This document shows, piece after piece, positions 9,271-17,956 of a DNA stretch of 54,475 bases (the stretch's first letter is position 1; every line of letters begins with the position of its first letter). The DNA is from Candidatus Magasanikiibacteriota bacterium (GTDB lineage Bacteria; Patescibacteriota; Patescibacteriia; Magasanikbacterales; UBA922), in NCBI GenBank assembly GCA_018650645.1, contig JABIFP010000023.1, positions 1-54,475 on the forward strand. The letters run 5' to 3'. The notes beneath the pieces were generated by a model, which was not told where the DNA came from, did not search any database, and saw nothing but the letters and a program-made list of their open reading frames with translations. Made by a program: the position numbers and the translations under genes.

Positions 9271-9372
9271 CTATTATGTTCTCAGTGCGCTGAGGATGCA
9301 TCGAATGAAAAAGAAAAATCGCTTTCCGGCGATATTTTTTTATGGTATCTTTTTAGTATTAATACTATATAT

Positions 9373-9840
9373 ATGTCAGAAAAAGGATTTCCAGGAGAAG
9401 CCCCATCACAAGCCCCAAAGGCTGAAACAACAAAATCGGTGGAAGCAGTGGAATCGCAGCAACAGAGTAGAGAGCGATTGTTCCTTCAATTGCTTGCAGG
9501 GATGGGAGTATTTGATGCTGATCCAGTAGAATCGGTGGCAGGTCTTCCGTCAGAATATCAAACCGCTACTCCAGGAGGTGCGCTGCAAAATCAGGAAAGA
9601 AGACGAGTCCTTATCCAGGAAGATGGGTCTCAAATCACATTAGGATTAGCCGGACTCCAAGCGCATTTCCATGTGGAAGGGCTCACCTGTGTGCATGTGC
9701 AAGTAGAAGCGGGGAAGGCTCGTATTATAAAAGATAGCAGACACACGGAGCATATAGAAACGCATAGAGCGGTATTAGAAGAAAAACTGCAGCAGCTCCT
9801 GGCAATGGTTGGGAATCCGGAGGTGAGTGGGGAGTTGTAA
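9373..9840 (+). CDS. hypothetical protein (155 aa)
   Basis: Host-like composition. ATG lies in the tatatATG context. Followed by a terminator. Confidence 0.65.
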   Translation: MSEKGFPGEAPSQAPKAETTKSVEAVESQQQSRERLFLQLLAGMGVFDADPVESVAGLPSEYQTATPGGALQNQERRRVLIQEDGSQITLGLAGLQAHFHVEGLTCVHVQVEAGKARIIKDSRHTEHIETHRAVLEEKLQQLLAMVGNPEVSGEL

Positions 9841-9856
9841 TTTTCACACAGATAAT

Positions 9857-9885
9857 AAAAAAGAGCACCATCGTGCTCTTTTTTG
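9857..9885. terminator. bidirectional intrinsic terminator
   Basis: A-run, AGAGCAC-CATC-GTGCTCT, T-run, between convergent genes. Confidence 0.8.
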
Positions 9886-10431
9886 TTACATTGCCAGTAA
9901 AATCTCAGCATTATGCAATCCTTTGGCAACTGCGTATTGCAAATACACAATACTATTTTCATGCTGCTCAGTATCATGCCCGTCCACACAATCAAGTGCC
10001 AAGAGTACCTCAAGGTCTCTTTGGTAGGCATCAATAGCCGTGGTGCGTACACATGTCATGGTGTTTACACCGGTAATAATGAGTCGATTCACATCAAGAG
10101 AAACAAGCAACTCGTCTAAATTTGTGTTGAAAAATGCGCTGTATCGTTTTTTTACTATTACTGAATCGTTTGTATCTTGGTGCAACTTTTGCAACATTTG
10201 TGCGCCATCAGTCCCTTCAATAGTTACTTTTTTATTATTCAGGCGATTATATAGTGGCGCATCCGAGAGATCATCTTTATATTCCTGCCGCACCCAAATA
10301 ATAGGTATGTTTTTTGCGCGAGCCGCGTCAATGAGCTCGTTTGTATGTTTTATAAGCGATTCTTTGTGCTCATTGAGTCTTCCTGAAGTGAAAAAGTCAT
10401 TGAGCATGTCGATGATGAGGAGTGCTGTCAT
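9886..10431 (-). CDS. isochorismatase/cysteine-hydrolase family protein (nicotinamidase-like)
   Basis: ALLIIDMLNDFF and GVNTMTCVRTTAIDA motifs. The ATG at 10431 is preferred over the ORF-track start at 10482. Confidence 0.85.
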   Translation of the reverse strand: MTALLIIDMLNDFFTSGRLNEHKESLIKHTNELIDAARAKNIPIIWVRQEYKDDLSDAPLYNRLNNKKVTIEGTDGAQMLQKLHQDTNDSVIVKKRYSAFFNTNLDELLVSLDVNRLIITGVNTMTCVRTTAIDAYQRDLEVLLALDCVDGHDTEQHENSIVYLQYAVAKGLHNAEILLAM

Positions 10432-10463
10432 ATATATAGATGGGATGAGTGTATAGTATAGCA

Positions 10464-10600
10464 TTGACACCCAAGCATGCAACTGCTACGCTACTATCAT
10501 ATGAAACACGCAAATTACTACGTCGCCCGTGCGGTGCGCAGAGAATTCTGGGCGTAGTTTTGTGTATGAATAGTCGCAAAGCCGCCACAGAGCGGTTTTT
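10464..10600 (+). promoter_or_regulatory. promoter (TTGACA-17-TACGCT) plus ~100-nt structured leader or sRNA ending in a terminator-like hairpin, upstream of valS
   Basis: -35 at 10464-10469. Stem AAAGCCGC/GCGGTTTT at 10578-10599 followed by T-rich sequence. valS ATG at 10651. Confidence 0.4.
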
Positions 10601-10650
10601 ATTGATTTTTAGGGGGCAATTCGTTATCATGGAAGCACATTAATACGCAT

Positions 10651-13296
10651 ATGAAAGAATTACCAAAGGCCTACGAGCCGGCACAATACGAAGATGAGAT
10701 TTACAAGAAGTGGGAAGACTCTGGATTTTTTAATCCGGATGTTTGTGTAGAGAAGGGAGTGACCGCTCCGGATGCTGATCCGTTCAGCATTGTGCTTCCA
10801 CCACCAAATGTTACGGGAACCCTCCATATGGGGCATGCGGTCATGCTTGCAATTGAAGATGTGATGGTTCGGTATAATAGAATGAAAGGGAAGAAGACAC
10901 TTTGGCTTCCTGGAACTGACCATGCAGCCATTGCAACGCAGGAAAAAGTTGAAAGAATTCTTTGGGAAAAAGAAAAAAAGACTCGACATGACATTGGAAG
11001 AGGACCTTTTTTAACGAGTGTAGAAAAATTTGCGCAAGAATCTCATGATACGATTGTTAATCAGGCAAGAAAAATGGGAGCTTCATTGGATTGGAGTCGC
11101 GAAGCTTACACATTAGATGAACAGCGTAATTTTGCCGTGCGTACAGCGTTTAAACGTATGTATGACGATGGGCTTATTTATAGAGGGGACAGAATTGTAA
11201 ACTGGGATCCAAAAATGCAGTCTACCGTTTCAAATATTGAAGTCGACAGAAAAGAAGAGAAAGCATTGTTCTACTATTTTCAGTATGGACCATTTGTTAT
11301 TGGGACGGCTCGTCCTGAAACAAAGTTTGGTGACAAGTATGTGGTAATGCATCCAGAAGATGAACGCTACGCTGAGTATAAACATGGTGATACATTTGAA
11401 TGCGAATGGATTAACGGACAAATCACAGCAACGGTGTTAAAAGATGCTGCTGTGGATCCTGAATTTGGTACGGGTGTAATGACGATTACTCCCTGGCATG
11501 ATATTACCGATTTTGAAATGGCCGAGCGTCACAATTTAGATAAAGAACAGGTGATTGATTTTGACGGGAAACTACTTCCAATTGCCCAAGAATTTGCGGG
11601 TATGCACATTGCAGATGCACGGCCCAAAATTGTAGAAAAGCTGAAAGAAAAAGGGCTCTTGGTACGCGTTGATGAAGAGTACGTAAATAGTCTTGCTATT
11701 AATAGCAGAGGAAAAGGAATCATTGAGCCGCAGATTATGCGTCAGTGGTGGATGGATGTAGACAAAGAGTTTGCGATGCAACATTCAGAAATTCCTGGAA
11801 TCAAATCTGGGGATACAGTAACGCTACAAAAATTGTTGCAACATACCGTTCGTGATGGGCATATTGATATTTTGCCTGAGCGGTTTGAAAAACCATACTT
11901 CAACTGGGTAGACAACTTGCGCGACTGGTGTTTGAGTCGGCAACTTTGGTATGGGCATAGAATTCCAGCTTGGTATAAAGGAGAAGAAGTGTACGTTGGA
12001 ACAGATGCACCAGAAGGTGACGGGTGGACGCAAGATCCTGATACGCTGGATACATGGTTTAGTGCAGGTCTTTGGACATTCTCAACGCTTGGATGGCCAG
12101 ATGCAGAAGCCGCAGACTTTAAGGGATACCATCCAACAGCAGTTCTTGAAACTGGATATGACATTCTCACGTTTTGGGTCATTAGAATGATTATGATGTC
12201 TACCTATCACGTTGGACAAATTCCATTTAAAACAGTGTATTTGCACGGGATGGTTCGTGATGAAAAAGGAAAGAAGATGAGTAAGAATTTGGGAAATATC
12301 ATCAATCCGTTAGACATGATTGAAAAGTACGGAACAGATGCGACGCGTTTGTCTTTGATGATTGGAAGCGCGCCAGGAAATGATACAAAACTTTCTGAAG
12401 AAAAGATTGCTGGGTACAGAAATTTCACAAATAAACTTTGGAACATCAGTAGATTCATGTTGATGAATATTGATGCACCCAAGAAAGATATAGGCCTTCC
12501 AGAAGGAAAGACCTTGGCAGATAAATGGATCCTTTGGAAGATGGAAGAGATCGTCACAAAAGCAGACAATGGATTAGCTGCGTATGATTTTTCTTCTGTT
12601 GGAGAGGCACTTCGTGATTTCACATGGAATGATTTAGCCGACTGGTATTTGGAGATGGCAAAGGTAGAAGAGAGTAGTCAGGATGTATTGAACTATCTAT
12701 TAAATACGATGCTTAAACTGTGGCATCCATTCATGCCATTTGTAACAGAAGCAGTTTGGAAAGAAGTGTATGGAGAAAATGAAATGATGATGGTTGAAAA
12801 ATTTCCTGAAGCAAAAAATTGCGCGGTAGATACGGACATTACATTCGTTGAAGGATCGCTTAGAGAAATGATTACCGCGATTCGTTCACTTCGAGCAGAT
12901 AAAGGAATTGCCCCAGGGAAAAAGCTTTCTGCTACTGTCATAGCAAAAGATCAGGGTCATTTAGAGAGTTCTGCGGCTATTATCAAACAACTTGCTCGGC
13001 TTGAATCATTGACTATCACTGCAAAAGCAGAGAAAACTGATTCAATGGCGAGTGCTGTTGTTGGGTCTGTAGAGATTTTGGTAGATTTTGCCGGCGCAAT
13101 TGATGTTGATGCAGAAAAGGCTCGATTAGAAAAAGAAATCAGCAATGTTGCACCGTATGTAACCGCTCAAGAAAAGAAACTATCAGGGCCGTTTGCACAA
13201 AATGCACCGGAAGCTGTGGTAAATAAAGAACAAGCAAAACTTGCGGAAGCAAAAGAGAAATTAGAAAAACTTCAATCTCAATTATCATCATTGTAA
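10651..13296 (+). CDS. valS: valyl-tRNA synthetase
   Basis: PPPNVTGTLHMGHA (HIGH), KMSKNLGN (KMSKS), C-terminal coiled coil. 881 aa. Confidence 0.95.
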   Translation: MKELPKAYEPAQYEDEIYKKWEDSGFFNPDVCVEKGVTAPDADPFSIVLPPPNVTGTLHMGHAVMLAIEDVMVRYNRMKGKKTLWLPGTDHAAIATQEKVERILWEKEKKTRHDIGRGPFLTSVEKFAQESHDTIVNQARKMGASLDWSREAYTLDEQRNFAVRTAFKRMYDDGLIYRGDRIVNWDPKMQSTVSNIEVDRKEEKALFYYFQYGPFVIGTARPETKFGDKYVVMHPEDERYAEYKHGDTFECEWINGQITATVLKDAAVDPEFGTGVMTITPWHDITDFEMAERHNLDKEQVIDFDGKLLPIAQEFAGMHIADARPKIVEKLKEKGLLVRVDEEYVNSLAINSRGKGIIEPQIMRQWWMDVDKEFAMQHSEIPGIKSGDTVTLQKLLQHTVRDGHIDILPERFEKPYFNWVDNLRDWCLSRQLWYGHRIPAWYKGEEVYVGTDAPEGDGWTQDPDTLDTWFSAGLWTFSTLGWPDAEAADFKGYHPTAVLETGYDILTFWVIRMIMMSTYHVGQIPFKTVYLHGMVRDEKGKKMSKNLGNIINPLDMIEKYGTDATRLSLMIGSAPGNDTKLSEEKIAGYRNFTNKLWNISRFMLMNIDAPKKDIGLPEGKTLADKWILWKMEEIVTKADNGLAAYDFSSVGEALRDFTWNDLADWYLEMAKVEESSQDVLNYLLNTMLKLWHPFMPFVTEAVWKEVYGENEMMMVEKFPEAKNCAVDTDITFVEGSLREMITAIRSLRADKGIAPGKKLSATVIAKDQGHLESSAAIIKQLARLESLTITAKAEKTDSMASAVVGSVEILVDFAGAIDVDAEKARLEKEISNVAPYVTAQEKKLSGPFAQNAPEAVVNKEQAKLAEAKEKLEKLQSQLSSL

Positions 13297-13299
13297 GCT

Positions 13300-14577
13300 A
13301 TGGCAGTATCAACGGATTTACAAAAAATTGAAGCGTTGCTTTCACGCGGGGTAGAGAATATTTACCCAAAGTCAGACTTTTTGAAAAGTCGATTAGAAAG
13401 CGGGGAACAGCTTACTCTTTATACTGGATACGACCCAACGGGGCCAACACTGCATGTTGGACATGGGATTACGCTCCTCAAGTTGCGTGAATTTCAGGAT
13501 CTTGGGCATAAAGTGATTATGCTGATTGGAGACTTTACCGGCATGATTGGTGACCCTACAGATAAAACATCAGCAAGACAAAAACTTACTAAAGAAGAAG
13601 TGCTTTCAAACTGCGCAGAGTACCAAAAACAGGCAGCTGCAATCTTAGATTTTGAAGGAGATAATCCAGTAGAGGTAAAATACAACAGTGAGTGGCTTGC
13701 AGCCATGAGTTTTGGAGATGTGATTGAACTTGCGAGTAATTTTACCGTGCAGCAAATGTTGGTGAGAGACATGTTTCAAGAAAGAATGAAAAGTGAAAAA
13801 CCAATTTACCTACACGAATTCCTCTATCCGCTTATGCAGGGAATTGATTCTGTGAAAATGGTTGAGGGAGGAGTGGATGGAGAGGTTGGTGGAAATGATC
13901 AGACGTTTAACATGCTTGCTGGAAGAACATTAGAAAAAGCTCTTTTAAATAAAGAGAAATTTGTGCTTACTGGGAAGCTTTTGGCAGATGATAGCGGAAA
14001 GAAAATGGGAAAGAGCGAAGGAAACATGATTGCATTTTCAGATAGCGCAGAAGATATGTTTGGAAAGGTGATGCGCTGGACAGATAGTATGATTTTATCT
14101 GGATTTGAACTATGTACACGCATTCCAATTGCAGAGATTGATGCCATGAAAGCGGAAATGGATGGAGGAACAAACCCAAGAGACTTTAAATTGAAACTTG
14201 CAACAGAAATTACCAAAACATTTTTGGGAGAAGCTGCTGCAGAAAAAGGACAGGCACATTTTGCACAGGTTATTCAGGGAAAAGATAAACCTGTAGAAAT
14301 GGAAGAGATGGAACCCAAGGAGTATAAGTTAATCTCTGCCTTAGTAGAGGCTGGATTCGCTAAAAGTAATTCAGATGCGAGAAGATTAATTGCTGGAGGG
14401 GGTGTGAGAGTGAATGATATCGTTATTGAACCTTTCGTGCCTGTTGAAAACTTTAGAGCTGATGGTACAGTGCCCGGTTATGATTTAAAGCCGGGTGATA
14501 CGGTACAAACAGATCATGATCTAAAGCCCGGAGACGTGGTGCAAAAAGGAAAAAGATTTTTTGTGAAGATTAAATAA
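13300..14577 (+). CDS. tyrS: tyrosyl-tRNA synthetase with C-terminal S4 domain
   Basis: YTGYDPTGPTLHVGHG, KMGKS and the S4-like SNSDARRLIAGGGVRVN. Confidence 0.93.
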   Translation: MAVSTDLQKIEALLSRGVENIYPKSDFLKSRLESGEQLTLYTGYDPTGPTLHVGHGITLLKLREFQDLGHKVIMLIGDFTGMIGDPTDKTSARQKLTKEEVLSNCAEYQKQAAAILDFEGDNPVEVKYNSEWLAAMSFGDVIELASNFTVQQMLVRDMFQERMKSEKPIYLHEFLYPLMQGIDSVKMVEGGVDGEVGGNDQTFNMLAGRTLEKALLNKEKFVLTGKLLADDSGKKMGKSEGNMIAFSDSAEDMFGKVMRWTDSMILSGFELCTRIPIAEIDAMKAEMDGGTNPRDFKLKLATEITKTFLGEAAAEKGQAHFAQVIQGKDKPVEMEEMEPKEYKLISALVEAGFAKSNSDARRLIAGGGVRVNDIVIEPFVPVENFRADGTVPGYDLKPGDTVQTDHDLKPGDVVQKGKRFFVKIK

Positions 14578-14804
14578 TGTATATGATTAAGAAGAATACT
14601 CGAGTTATTTTGGAGGGGGAAGCGGTCTCATTGGATCAGCAATTAAAAGGCGGAATGCCGCTTGGAGAAGGTGAAATTGTTAATCTAACACCTGATGGAG
14701 CGGAGGCTTCTGTAGAATATAAAGTTGTTAAGAAAAAAATTGATTATATTTTGAATGGTGAAGAACATGAAGTAAACGTAGAATATACATTAAAGCAGGT
14801 GTAA
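14577..14804 (+). CDS. small hypothetical protein (75 aa)
   Basis: ORF fills the tyrS-argS gap. Its start overlaps the tyrS stop (TAATG). Confidence 0.5.
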   Translation: MYMIKKNTRVILEGEAVSLDQQLKGGMPLGEGEIVNLTPDGAEASVEYKVVKKKIDYILNGEEHEVNVEYTLKQV

Positions 14805-14805
14805 C

Positions 14806-16491
14806 ATGAATGCAATTCACAAAGCCGCAGCTGCACTATTTACTGCTGCCGGAGTTACCGGAAACATCGAATTTACGACACCACCAAATCCAGCGATGGG
14901 GGATTTGGCGTTTGGTTGTTTTGCTATTGCAAAAGAGCAGGGAAAGAGTCCGGTAGAGATTGCGAATGGGCTAAAAGAAGCCATAGCAGGGCAAAGTAAC
15001 GGGTTAGTAGATTCAGTAGACACCGCTGGGCCGTATGTGAACATTACGCTCAGTTCGATTGAAGTTGCACGTATCATGCAAGAAGCACTTGCAAAGAAAG
15101 AATTCGGATCAAGCAATCTTGGTGAAAACAAAAAAATTCTTATCGAATACGCTTGCCCAAATCCACTGAAAGCATTTCATTTGGGGCATTTAAAGAATCT
15201 GATTACCGGAGAAGCCGTTGTGCGGACCATGGAAAACGCAGGGTATGATGTAATGCGTGTGAATTACCAGGGAGACGTTGGTATGCATGTTGCCAAGGCT
15301 CTGTGGGGCATTAACGATTGGATTGATGAGTTTGAACAAGTGAAAGAAAAATCTCTTAGAGATCGAGTAGAATTTTTAGGGAAAGCATACGCACATGGAG
15401 CGCAACATTTTGAAAAGGGAGAAGACGAAAAACAAGAGGTCATTGTGTTCAATGACAAAGTTTATGAACGCGCGGAAGATATTCAAGCCGTATATCAAGA
15501 AGCAAGAACCTGGAGTTTGGAATATTTCGATTCAATTTATGCGCGGCTTGGAACCAAATTCGACAAATTCTTTTTTGAATCAGAAATGTATGAAGAAGGA
15601 GTGACAATTGTGAATGAATTTTTAGAAAAAGGAGTATTTAAGAAAAGTGATGGGGCCGTGATCTTTGAAGGAAGTAAACATGGGCTTCATGATAGGGTAT
15701 TTATCAATAGTAAAGGATTCCCAACATACGAAGCCAAGGACGTTGCGCTTGCACATGCACACATGAAGCTCAACCCTGAAAAAGTTATTCATGTTGTTGG
15801 AAAAGAACAGACAGAATATTTTAAAGTAGTGTTTAAAGCGCTTGAAACAGTATTACCAGAAAGTAAAGGGAAAGAAATGCATTTGCCAGGTGGATTTTTA
15901 CAGCTGAAGGGCGGAAAGATGAGTTCTAGACTTGGGAATATTGTAACGGGAGACGCGTTACTAGATCAGGTTACAGAAAGAATTGCAGAAATAATGGCAG
16001 AGAGTACTGTAGAGAATAAAGAAGTGGTTATTGAGCGCGTTGCAGCTGCATCGCTGAAATATACGATGCTTCATGCTGATGTTTCTAAAGATGTATCATT
16101 CGATTTGGAAGCGTCTGTGAGCACAAGCGGTGATAGTGGGCCATACCTACTCTATATTGTGGCGCGTATTGGATCCATCCTCACAAAAGCAGGTACTTTT
16201 GATAGTGCTGTATTACCAGAAGCAATTGCGCCGCAAGAAAAGGCGCTGTTATTGCAACTCGCGCAGTTTCCAGCGGTGAGTGCAGAAGCCGCACTTCAAT
16301 ATGATCCATCAAAAATCACCAGATACTTATTTGATTTGGCGCAGCTATTTAACAAATTTTATGATGCGTGTCCGGTTCTTGATGCAGAAGAGCGGACAAA
16401 GGCATTCCGACTTCAGCTTGCGAGTGCTGTGCAGGGTGTTATGAAAAAAGGACTCTATATATTAGGAATCGAGACAGTTGAGCAGATGTAG
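14806..16491 (+). CDS. argS: arginyl-tRNA synthetase
   Basis: NPLKAFHLGHLKN (HIGH), MSSRLGN, DALR-type C-terminal domain ending in M. Confidence 0.95.
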   Translation: MNAIHKAAAALFTAAGVTGNIEFTTPPNPAMGDLAFGCFAIAKEQGKSPVEIANGLKEAIAGQSNGLVDSVDTAGPYVNITLSSIEVARIMQEALAKKEFGSSNLGENKKILIEYACPNPLKAFHLGHLKNLITGEAVVRTMENAGYDVMRVNYQGDVGMHVAKALWGINDWIDEFEQVKEKSLRDRVEFLGKAYAHGAQHFEKGEDEKQEVIVFNDKVYERAEDIQAVYQEARTWSLEYFDSIYARLGTKFDKFFFESEMYEEGVTIVNEFLEKGVFKKSDGAVIFEGSKHGLHDRVFINSKGFPTYEAKDVALAHAHMKLNPEKVIHVVGKEQTEYFKVVFKALETVLPESKGKEMHLPGGFLQLKGGKMSSRLGNIVTGDALLDQVTERIAEIMAESTVENKEVVIERVAAASLKYTMLHADVSKDVSFDLEASVSTSGDSGPYLLYIVARIGSILTKAGTFDSAVLPEAIAPQEKALLLQLAQFPAVSAEAALQYDPSKITRYLFDLAQLFNKFYDACPVLDAEERTKAFRLQLASAVQGVMKKGLYILGIETVEQM

Positions 16492-16522
16492 GGTTTGGTT
16501 TTATATCAAAATTTGCTATGAT

Positions 16523-16559
16523 AAGGACGCGTTAATTTGGACGCGTCCTTTTCTTTTCT
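16523..16559 (+). terminator. intrinsic terminator of argS
   Basis: AAGGACGCG...CGCGTCCTT stem followed by TTCTTTTCT. Confidence 0.7.
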
Positions 16560-16584
16560 CAAACTTTGGCTCACGGAGGTGACC

Positions 16585-17727
16585 GTGCTAGTTGCGAATA
16601 GCGGTGTAAACCGCAACGAAGAAGCTGTCGCCCCCGAGGCGTCAGATGAGTTTCAAGAGGTTGCCCTGACGCGTGACGTCGGTGCCAACACGCTCGCGTA
16701 TGAGCACTCGATTTGTTTGCACCCCGAGCTGTGGAGTGAGCTGACCGCGATCGAACTCCACAAGTGGTTCAGCCCACGTAGCTGGCGCTACTGGGCGCTG
16801 ATGTTGCCGAGCTTCCTGCTGTTCCTGCTGAACGGTTGGTGGCGAGTGGCTGCGGCCTGGATCATCCAGACGCTGGGAGGTCGAGGCCTGTCAGTCCTCG
16901 TTGGGTCTGGCGTCAACAGGTGCTTTACCGTTGTCAGTAAGTTCGCCTACGAACTGCGCGAACTGGTGACTTCGAGTGGATCGCTTGCGATCGTTTACAA
17001 TTACGTCGTCTGGTCGCACATGGAAGGACTGCATCGGCAGCTGACGTGGGGTGAGCGCTACATGCGCTTCCACATGATGCAGCCGGATGCTGTCGCCGTA
17101 CGGCTTCGGGCCATCAAGACGTTTGAACAGGCGCTCAAGCGGCTGGAGAACCTTCTCACAGATCCTGAGCTCGGTCCGACGTTTACGGTCGAGTCGCCGC
17201 TGATATTCCCGGTCCTCGCTTGTGGTAACGCGCAAGCGGAGATCGACGCTGTCTACAGGCTGTACCAGGTCTTCCCTGAGTTCCGCGGACGGGTGAAGCT
17301 CCATCTTGTGGATGCCACTATGGCGCCACTGAGGGCAGCCGCGGATTACGCGGAAAATCGGGGCCTCGAGGGAAACTTTGAGATCTTCTGCATGAAGCTG
17401 CGGCCATACCTGCGCATGGTCAAGGAGCAGGGTTGGAAGATCTACATCCTCGACATCGTCGGGTTTCTCGACTATTACTCGGGGATCAAGATCGCGAGCC
17501 TTCTCGCTTTCATCAAGGATGTGGTGCAGAAAGGCGCCATGATCATCACCGCGCTCATCAGCAAGAGCAAGTTGGCCTTCTCAGTTCGCTGGTCGACCAA
17601 CTGGCCGCTCCTTCGCAGGTACACGAGGGAGCAGTTCACCTCGTTCTTGCTCAAGGCAGGTTTCGAGGGGAACATCACGATCATCTCCTGCATTGATGTC
17701 CACTTCGTGGCCGTCATCACCGTCTAG
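16585..17727 (+). CDS. membrane-anchored class I methyltransferase-like protein (380 aa) in high-GC cassette 2
   Basis: GTG start 5 nt after GGAGG (16575-16579); the ORF is open from 16537. TM-like segment YWALMLPSFLLFLLNGWW. C-terminal Rossmann-like strand pattern: VLACGNAQ, LHLVDAT, IYILDIVGFLDY, GAMIITAL. Confidence 0.7.
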   Translation: MLVANSGVNRNEEAVAPEASDEFQEVALTRDVGANTLAYEHSICLHPELWSELTAIELHKWFSPRSWRYWALMLPSFLLFLLNGWWRVAAAWIIQTLGGRGLSVLVGSGVNRCFTVVSKFAYELRELVTSSGSLAIVYNYVVWSHMEGLHRQLTWGERYMRFHMMQPDAVAVRLRAIKTFEQALKRLENLLTDPELGPTFTVESPLIFPVLACGNAQAEIDAVYRLYQVFPEFRGRVKLHLVDATMAPLRAAADYAENRGLEGNFEIFCMKLRPYLRMVKEQGWKIYILDIVGFLDYYSGIKIASLLAFIKDVVQKGAMIITALISKSKLAFSVRWSTNWPLLRRYTREQFTSFLLKAGFEGNITIISCIDVHFVAVITV

Positions 17728-17822
17728 TCCTTAGACAAACGCATCTGCAATGCGTTCAGGCTTCTACATATGCCTGAAAAGACAACCGTCGATACCCGCC
17801 AGGGAATCCGGAAGTCACAGCA

Positions 17823-17849
17823 CCCTCGGTCTTCGGACCGGGGTTTTTT
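17823..17849 (+). terminator. GC-rich intrinsic terminator with UUCG tetraloop (end of cassette 2)
   Basis: CCTCGGTC-TTCG-GACCGGGG followed by TTTTTT. Confidence 0.75.
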
Positions 17850-17868
17850 AATCCACCTTTGGTGGATT

Positions 17869-17906
17869 ATCCGCCGAAGCAAGGCGAAGCACTTGCGTAG
17901 GAGGAT
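17869..17906 (+). repeat. dispersed palindromic repeat, long variant (ATCCGCCGAAGC...GCGTAGGAGGAT)
   Basis: Shares both 12-nt termini with 33471-33498. Related to 21064-21089 and 24031-24056. Confidence 0.6.
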
Positions 17907-17919
17907 CACAAGTAGCGCC

Positions 17920-17948
17920 TTCAACTCTCGTACAAAATCTGCTACAAT
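17920..17948 (+). promoter_or_regulatory. promoter-like TTCAAC-17-TACAAT only 8 nt from the histidine kinase ATG (leaderless or near-leaderless mRNA)
   Basis: -10 at 17943-17948. ATG at 17957. Confidence 0.4.
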
Positions 17949-17956
17949 ACCTGCAT

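Larger units (their letters stand above)
16560..17850 (+). other. high-GC cassette 2 (approximate bounds)
   Basis: Composition step immediately after the argS terminator. Ends at a GC-rich UUCG-loop terminator. Confidence 0.7.

Noticed and set aside
8714-9840. Possible relationship between the cassette 1 protein and the adjacent host-like 155-aa protein (both ~150 aa, shared TEH tripeptide and helical C-terminus)
   Set aside because: The similarity is limited to a few residues by eye. It cannot be supported without alignment statistics.
10499-10650. T-box riboswitch upstream of valS
   Set aside because: There is no T-box 14-mer (..GGGTGGTACCGCG..), no specifier-loop architecture, and the leader is only ~150 nt.
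16495-16522. Promoter-like TTGGTT-16-TATGAT just before cassette 2
   Set aside because: It overlaps the argS stop and terminator region, and transcription would start inside the terminator hairpin. It is not convincing as the cassette's promoter.
17780-17850. SRP (4.5S) RNA-like string CCAGGGAAUCCGGAAGUCACAGCACC in the 3' region of cassette 2
   Set aside because: The flanks of the GGAA cannot form the conserved domain IV helix and symmetric loop, and the 3' part is used by the UUCG terminator hairpin.
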